The notes under the pieces: generated by a model
The model's database searches: none
Told to the model about the DNA's origin: nothing
What the model saw: the letters and a program-made list of their open reading frames with translations, nothing else
From: a virus
Lineage: Duplodnaviria; Caudoviricetes
IMG/VR virus record: IMGVR_UViG_3300020345_000002
Location: 1 to 42,528 of that record
Length of the DNA stretch: 42,528 nucleotides
Reading direction: 5' to 3' (one strand)
Program-made: the position numbers and the translations under genes
In this document: positions 37,981 through 42,528 of the stretch, piece by piece
How positions within the stretch are numbered: the first letter of the stretch is position 1
Layout of the letters: each line of letters opens with the position of its first letter

Positions 37981-38188
37981 TAAGCAAGGGATAATAGAAG
38001 GGCAGTGATTCGTGGCACACGCAATGCTTCCAAATATGCCTTACTCTCCTTGCTAGGTAAGCAAAGGCTCTTTGTATCGGCAGAGCCTAAAAAGGTGTAC
38101 ATACAACTTCCTTTGCTAAGTAAGCAACTGACGCTCTGACAGTGAGGAGGTAGAACTTAATCTACTCTTTATCAGGTCTGGCTGCTTA
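37981..38188 (-). ncRNA. Tandem array of three rod-like hairpin units (candidate polycistronic ncRNA)
   Basis: Units 38121-38188, 38058-38118 and 37981-38055, each bounded by T(A)AGCA..TGCTTA with unit-specific complementary ends; 2-nt linkers. Confidence 0.6.
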
Positions 38189-38192
38189 TGTA

Positions 38193-38846
38193 CTATTCTA
38201 CCTTATCTTTCTTCTTTGTCAGTTTCTTTATTAAGTTCTTTACTATCGGTTTTACTAAATTAATAATAAGTGGTGTACTCGCAGCCACAGTAGCAATAAT
38301 AGCAGTATTAATAACGAGGCTAACTGGTGGTATGTATTGCTCTTGGAAAGGTACTTGCTCGTAAATGGTTTGGCAGATGCCTTCATCATCTCTTTCAAAG
38401 CCAACAATCCTCTCTAGCTTCTTATCATTAGCATAATCTCCAATTCTTCTATTGGAATTAGGGTCAGGGCAATCTGTTAATAAAACAATATCTTTCTCCT
38501 CATTAGGTGGGATTACTGGATTTTCTCTAGGAGGTGGTGGTGGTGTATTTATTGTAGGTTTAGTTTCTTCTTGAATATACTCTAATTCTTTAGGGTCATA
38601 ATTTATTGGTATATAAGATGGGATCGTATGCCCTGCTGGACAGCTATAGTATGAACCATTTGGATCGTCAAATATAATCTGTGTATTTTTAACAGAAACA
38701 TCCCTGTGTGTTCTTACACAACCAGCCATTTCAATTTTAGGTAAAGCTATATTAAGACTCTGATTTGTTGTAGGTATATGTATAACTGGTATTTCAGGAA
38801 TAACAATCTGAGAGATTTCTGGTATTAAGATTTTATCAATCGACAT
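38193..38846 (-). CDS. Pro/Cys-rich protein with a C-terminal membrane anchor
   Basis: CVRTHRD..CP..PPPPP..C-terminal TM and Lys-rich tail. Confidence 0.7.
   Translation of the reverse strand: MSIDKILIPEISQIVIPEIPVIHIPTTNQSLNIALPKIEMAGCVRTHRDVSVKNTQIIFDDPNGSYYSCPAGHTIPSYIPINYDPKELEYIQEETKPTINTPPPPPRENPVIPPNEEKDIVLLTDCPDPNSNRRIGDYANDKKLERIVGFERDDEGICQTIYEQVPFQEQYIPPVSLVINTAIIATVAASTPLIINLVKPIVKNLIKKLTKKKDKVE
38195..38222 (-). promoter_or_regulatory. Candidate promoter for the hairpin array
   Basis: CTGACA-16 nt-TAGAAT, with the -10 ending 6 nt before the first unit. Confidence 0.5.
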
Positions 38847-39005
38847 TTATTGTTTAGCTAAATAAACTTCCACAAATGAATTACATTTTGGACAAGATAA
38901 ATTAGTTACCATTGAATATTCTTCTGCAAGAACAGGTTGAAAGTCTTCATCAATATCATGGTCGCCACCCCATATCAATTCAGTTTTACAATGCCAGCAG
39001 TTCAT
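38847..39005 (-). CDS. 52-aa Zn-ribbon protein
   Basis: Manual translation MNCWHCKTELIWGGDHD..TNLSCPKCNSFVEVY; abuts both neighbours exactly. Confidence 0.8.
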   Translation of the reverse strand: MNCWHCKTELIWGGDHDIDEDFQPVLAEEYSMVTNLSCPKCNSFVEVYLAKQ

Positions 39006-39233
39006 TTATTTATTGTCTTTTAATAATAAAATTGATTCTCCTGTTCTGTCAGGCATTGCATTATCTAAAATGTTAGGCATTAACTTTTGTACATTTTCTA
39101 AAACTTCATTCATCATTTTAGTTTTAAACTGTGGTGAAGTCAGGTACTTATAACCAAAATATGATGCTCCTAGAGTTGAAGTAATAAGAACAAATGATAA
39201 AATTGATAAAGCGTTAGCAATTTTTTGAAACAT
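39006..39233 (-). CDS. N-terminal TM protein
   Basis: MFQKIANALSILSFVLITSTLGASYFGY. Confidence 0.7.
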   Translation of the reverse strand: MFQKIANALSILSFVLITSTLGASYFGYKYLTSPQFKTKMMNEVLENVQKLMPNILDNAMPDRTGESILLLKDNK

Positions 39234-39363
39234 GATTAAAGAGTCAATAATACGAGCATGCTCAATGATGAGCTTAGTCGTTTTGCTACTTATTGTAGCT
39301 ATCAGTCCTCTCTATGTCACTATGGGGATTATGACAAGGCAAATGCTTGAAAAGAAGAGTTAA
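39232..39363 (+). CDS. 43-aa single-TM protein
   Basis: Manual translation MIKESIIRACSMMSLVVLLLIVAISPLYVTMGIMTRQMLEKKS; fills the gap exactly. Confidence 0.55.
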   Translation: MIKESIIRACSMMSLVVLLLIVAISPLYVTMGIMTRQMLEKKS

Positions 39364-39584
39364 GTTTTAGTTTGTTTTGCGTCTGAAGGTTTTATTTCCT
39401 GTTCTTGATTTTTTGTAGATAATAACTGTGCCTGTGCATCTTTAACACCTAATATTGCACCTTGATACCTGTCTTCATTTTTACAGGCGATCTCATAAGC
39501 ACGTTTAGCTTCTTCTTTTTGAGTTTGAATACTAATAAGCTGTTGTTCGTACTGCTTAATTAGATCATCTAGTGGGTTAGTCAT
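39360..39584 (-). CDS. Coiled-coil hypothetical protein (74 aa)
   Basis: Start reassigned to ATG 39584 (TAATG coupling, GGAGG upstream). Confidence 0.7.
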   Translation of the reverse strand: MTNPLDDLIKQYEQQLISIQTQKEEAKRAYEIACKNEDRYQGAILGVKDAQAQLLSTKNQEQEIKPSDAKQTKT

Positions 39585-39751
39585 TAGTCTGCCTCCTCTG
39601 CTGTATTTCCATCTGCTACCCAAGCAAGGTACTCTTGGTAGTCGGTGTTTGCTTCGTCAAATGGAATAATTGCATTATCTTCTTTTCTCAAAATTGCGTT
39701 TTTAATTTCTTCTTTTGATGGGTCTGAAACTTTTTTGTAAGTGTAATTCAT
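39584..39751 (-). CDS. 55-aa putative fibre-associated chaperone (IPFDEANTDYQEYLAWV)
   Basis: Manual translation; paralog of 173..337. Confidence 0.85.
   Translation of the reverse strand: MNYTYKKVSDPSKEEIKNAILRKEDNAIIPFDEANTDYQEYLAWVADGNTAEEAD
39627..39664. repeat. 38-bp exact direct repeat, copy 2
   Basis: Identical to 216..253. Confidence 0.9.
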
Positions 39752-39753
39752 AA

Positions 39754-40848
39754 TTAAAGCTCCGCAGCAGCATTATATGTACTTTGTCTGTGGTAGTTAC
39801 CAGTTGCCGAAAGATTCACCCTATAACTAAATCCAGTACTAGAAACATGATAAGTATAATCAGCATCAGCTACATTTGATGTACTGTGATTTGTGGGAAA
39901 AGTGATGGTTGGTGATGCTCTCATTATAGTCGGAAAAGTTAAATAAACTCCATGAACAACACTTCCACCATCACCATTATATGCACTTCCAATAGCTGCC
40001 ATGCCAGAAATAAAATACCTATGACATAAAGCAAGCTCCTGTGCGAATGACCTATGCTCAAAATCTGTTGCCACATCCGAATCACTTGCTTCTAATTGTA
40101 CACCTGTCAAATAAAATTCATTACTGGTGTTATCCATAAAATTAGACTGACCTGTAACTGCTGCGTTAACATCACCTGATGTCCAAGAAGTAACAGCACT
40201 TGCTATATCACTAGATCCAGCAGCTAAATGCCACATTATTCTTAAACCTTCTCCATTTCCTGTAATGATATTGTTTGAAGTATCGGCTGAAAATGCAACA
40301 GTAAATCTTTGCCAACTTGAAGTAACTGTAAAACTCCTATTTTGGTAATAGTATGTGCCACCAGAATTTTTTTTGCTTAACTGTACAGAATATTGATGAT
40401 TATTATTTTGTGAAGCTGATTTAGCATAAAAAGATAAAACAAATTTTTTTGCAGATGAAGTTCCAGAAGCAAACCCAATAAGATTATCTGCTTCAATAAG
40501 TTGAGCTATTATTCCGTTATGACTTCCAGTTGGTGTTTGAGTACTATCAGGTGTAATTTTTAAAGATTTGGTAAATCCGTCTGGTGCAGATGTATCTTGT
40601 GTTGTAGTTGTATCAAATGTAAATCCACTACCAGTTCTGTGATGGAATCTATCTAATGTATATTCTTCGCCTGTTCCTGTATATGAGCTTGCTCTTTGAT
40701 TAACAATCATCTGACCGTTAATTACTCTGTTTCTATTACTTAGGTTATTAGTAATATTCGCTGTACAAGTACCGTCATTGGCAAGGCTTACAGCATCTCC
40801 TGATGCTCCTGTATGCCTAATACTATTAACAATTAATCTACTGCTCAT
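39754..40848 (-). CDS. Tail fibre / receptor-binding protein
   Basis: Paralog of 334..1503 (LANDGTCTANITN.LSNR; VATDFEHRSFAQELALC.RY). Confidence 0.75.
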   Translation of the reverse strand: MSSRLIVNSIRHTGASGDAVSLANDGTCTANITNNLSNRNRVINGQMIVNQRASSYTGTGEEYTLDRFHHRTGSGFTFDTTTTQDTSAPDGFTKSLKITPDSTQTPTGSHNGIIAQLIEADNLIGFASGTSSAKKFVLSFYAKSASQNNNHQYSVQLSKKNSGGTYYYQNRSFTVTSSWQRFTVAFSADTSNNIITGNGEGLRIMWHLAAGSSDIASAVTSWTSGDVNAAVTGQSNFMDNTSNEFYLTGVQLEASDSDVATDFEHRSFAQELALCHRYFISGMAAIGSAYNGDGGSVVHGVYLTFPTIMRASPTITFPTNHSTSNVADADYTYHVSSTGFSYRVNLSATGNYHRQSTYNAAAEL

Positions 40849-41168
40849 GGCTTGGGATTAGCGTCTTTAACTGCTTTGTTGTGAATAGCAAAGCTACCTG
40901 TTGCATCTAGTTTACCTGCAATAATATCGTCATACAACATCCCAAGCTGATCTCCAGTTGGTGCATACGTTGTAGAACCATCAGTTGTTCTGTCACGTTT
41001 ATATTTAGTAGCAGCTAATTCATCATTTATAGCTTTTCTTGCTGTATCTATCTTAGATTGAACAAGAGTTACGGATTTACCATCTTTATCAAACGCACCA
41101 GCAGAATCATCAATAGTAACGACTGTACCTGCGTATGCTTTGTAAATAGCTTCGTGATCTAAGGCCAT
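40845..41168 (-). CDS. Putative tail fibre assembly chaperone
   Basis: YKRDR..Y....DQL.MLY..AVKDANPKP; similar to 2525..2851. Confidence 0.6.
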   Translation of the reverse strand: MALDHEAIYKAYAGTVVTIDDSAGAFDKDGKSVTLVQSKIDTARKAINDELAATKYKRDRTTDGSTTYAPTGDQLGMLYDDIIAGKLDATGSFAIHNKAVKDANPKP

Positions 41169-41200
41169 AGTGTTTTACTTTTAATTATAGAAGATAGCCA

Positions 41201-41812
41201 TTAACCTGCTACCTCCATCACTGTAATACTTGAGGCTGTACTTGCTCTATAATTAGCATCTGCCCATGTATAACCTCTGTTAACATATACGTTATAACCA
41301 GTGTAAGAACTTGCAAATTGTAATTTATAAGTAATAGCAGATGTTGTATTTGGAGAATCTAGAAACTGTCCATTATAATCATCCAGTTGTCTATCATTTG
41401 CACCACTATTTGCAGCAAAATGATAACTTGATGCCTGTATTCTATTACCAGCAGCATCACCAACATAAATTGCAGTTGAATCTCTTGCTAGACGAGCAGT
41501 TGCAGAAAAGTTTGCAGTATTACATGATAGTGCAATTTTATACATTACCAAAATTTTATTTGAACTTGAAGATGGAGTAATAGAAACTGTCACTGCATCT
41601 TGAAAAGTCATACTTTGAGTACTTGCTGTATCGGTTTTAACTGTCTGTTTTACTTGAATAATATTACCTGCCTTTGGGTTTGTTGTTGTCAGTACCGTTC
41701 CATCTGCACTTGTAGGTAACGTAATAATACGATCATCACCTGTTGAAGAAGGTGCTTGAAAACTTACTGAACCACCCCCTGATGCTGCATTTAGCTTTAT
41801 TTTTCCTGTCAT
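41201..41812 (-). CDS. Short tail fibre / RBP
   Basis: N-terminus like 1500..2528; C-terminal domain (ITPSSSSNKIL..LDSP.TTSAITYK..MEVA) like 41809..42348. Confidence 0.7.
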   Translation of the reverse strand: MTGKIKLNAASGGGSVSFQAPSSTGDDRIITLPTSADGTVLTTTNPKAGNIIQVKQTVKTDTASTQSMTFQDAVTVSITPSSSSNKILVMYKIALSCNTANFSATARLARDSTAIYVGDAAGNRIQASSYHFAANSGANDRQLDDYNGQFLDSPNTTSAITYKLQFASSYTGYNVYVNRGYTWADANYRASTASSITVMEVAG

Positions 41813-42348
41813 GCTGCTACCTCCATTGCTGTTATTGTTGATGCCACCCCTTGGTTATATGTGCTATTTCCTGTATCATTAGTTCTGTTAATATGTACTG
41901 CAACAGAGGCATATAAAGAACTAACAAATGTCTTATAAGTTATTGCACTTGTAGTGCTAGGTGAATCTAAAAAATTAAATCCAGCACTTTCTATTTGAGC
42001 AGTACCACTATGATAACCTCCCATAGTTCCTTGCAATCTATCATCTCCACTTACAGCAGTACTTGTTGCAATTAAAGTTGAGTCTCTTTTTAAGTTAAAG
42101 CCTATATAACCATTTGTAGCAGCACCAAAATTTATATTAACAAGAAGTAAAATTTTATTAGAAGATGACGAAGGTGTAATACTTACATTAAGTCCAGTAA
42201 TTTCAGTTTGTGAAGCACTTGTACTTGTAAAATGATCAGTTTTAGTTGTTGAAACAACTTGAAGAATAGACCCACTAGCCATTGCTGAGTCTGGTAAGGC
42301 TGCCAGACCTGTTACTACTCCTGTATTTCCGTTGATTGATACTGGCAT
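41809..42348 (-). CDS. Short tail fibre / RBP
   Basis: N-terminus like 2851..3459; C-terminal domain shared with 41201..41812. Confidence 0.7.
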   Translation of the reverse strand: MPVSINGNTGVVTGLAALPDSAMASGSILQVVSTTKTDHFTSTSASQTEITGLNVSITPSSSSNKILLLVNINFGAATNGYIGFNLKRDSTLIATSTAVSGDDRLQGTMGGYHSGTAQIESAGFNFLDSPSTTSAITYKTFVSSLYASVAVHINRTNDTGNSTYNQGVASTITAMEVAA

Positions 42349-42349
42349 C

Positions 42350-42528
42350 TTAAACCACCGTAAATGTTGAACCAGAAGGTACAGTTAAAGTATAAGTCGC
42401 CATTGAAAAAGGGCCAGCAACTAAACCATTTTTATTAGTACCAACTGTAATATTTCCTGTTGCTGTTGCAGGATTTTGAAATATACTATCTGTTTCTCCT
42501 CCAGCAGAAATAGCATTAGTAGATGCAG
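42350..42528 (-). CDS. 3' part of the 98-aa junction-spanning fibre adaptor
   Basis: ..GGETDSIFQNPATATGNITVGTNKNGLVAGPFSMATYTLTVPSGSTFTVV-stop. Confidence 0.85.
   Translation of the reverse strand, partial: ASTNAISAGGETDSIFQNPATATGNITVGTNKNGLVAGPFSMATYTLTVPSGSTFTVV
42474..42528. repeat. 55-bp terminal overlap (identical to 1..55)
   Basis: Direct comparison. Confidence 0.95.

Noticed and set aside
38140-38152. CTCCTCAC (and CTCTCACAC near 23388) resembling the cyanobacterial Yfr1 sRNA motif
   Set aside because: The partial 8-9 nt matches are too short to distinguish from chance or from an anti-SD sequence
37981-38188. Mini-CRISPR with repeat TTGCTARGTAAGCAA
   Set aside because: Only two full junction copies, unequal and self-structured spacers, and no cas genes; co-variation links the two ends of each unit instead of forming a constant repeat
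37981-38188. tRNA cluster
   Set aside because: Unit sizes are tRNA-like, but no TTCRA T-loop, D-loop or cloverleaf is evident; I saw no tRNA elsewhere either, though tRNAscan was not run
42474-42528. 55-bp direct terminal repeat as a biological genome end
   Set aside because: It lies mid-gene and matches a common assembler k-mer length, so it indicates a circular contig rather than a packaging terminus

Overview
This window is an apparently complete, circularly assembled AT-rich tailed-phage genome of 42,473 bp plus a 55-bp end overlap. It is a lambda-like siphovirus. The protein families and sigma70-type promoters suggest a marine picocyanobacterial (Prochlorococcus-like) host, which is inference. 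The minus-strand late arm runs TerL, basic microproteins and tail tube, portal, scaffold, capsid, neck, tail chaperones, tape measure, gpM/L/K/I/J, then a long tail-fibre array that crosses the contig junction. The plus-strand early arm has a strong promoter, a structured leader of about 340 nt, many small ORFs and an ArdC-like gene. The replication block contains a PD-(D/E)XK exonuclease, an RHH protein, a ParB/DGQHR-like protein, an SSB, a Prim-Pol/helicase and an iteron cluster. A cassette of membrane and secreted proteins follows. I recognised no integrase, stand-alone DNA polymerase, endolysin, tRNA or photosynthesis gene. The most notable observations are: a promoter-preceded tandem array of three co-varying rod-like hairpins (37981-38188), two paralogous six-gene fibre chains sharing a 38-bp identical block, a cysteine-free gpL, a gpG-T pair needing a +1 rather than -1 frameshift, and a recurrent TTCACTTAYCC leader motif. 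All calls come from motif reading by eye; no database search was run.
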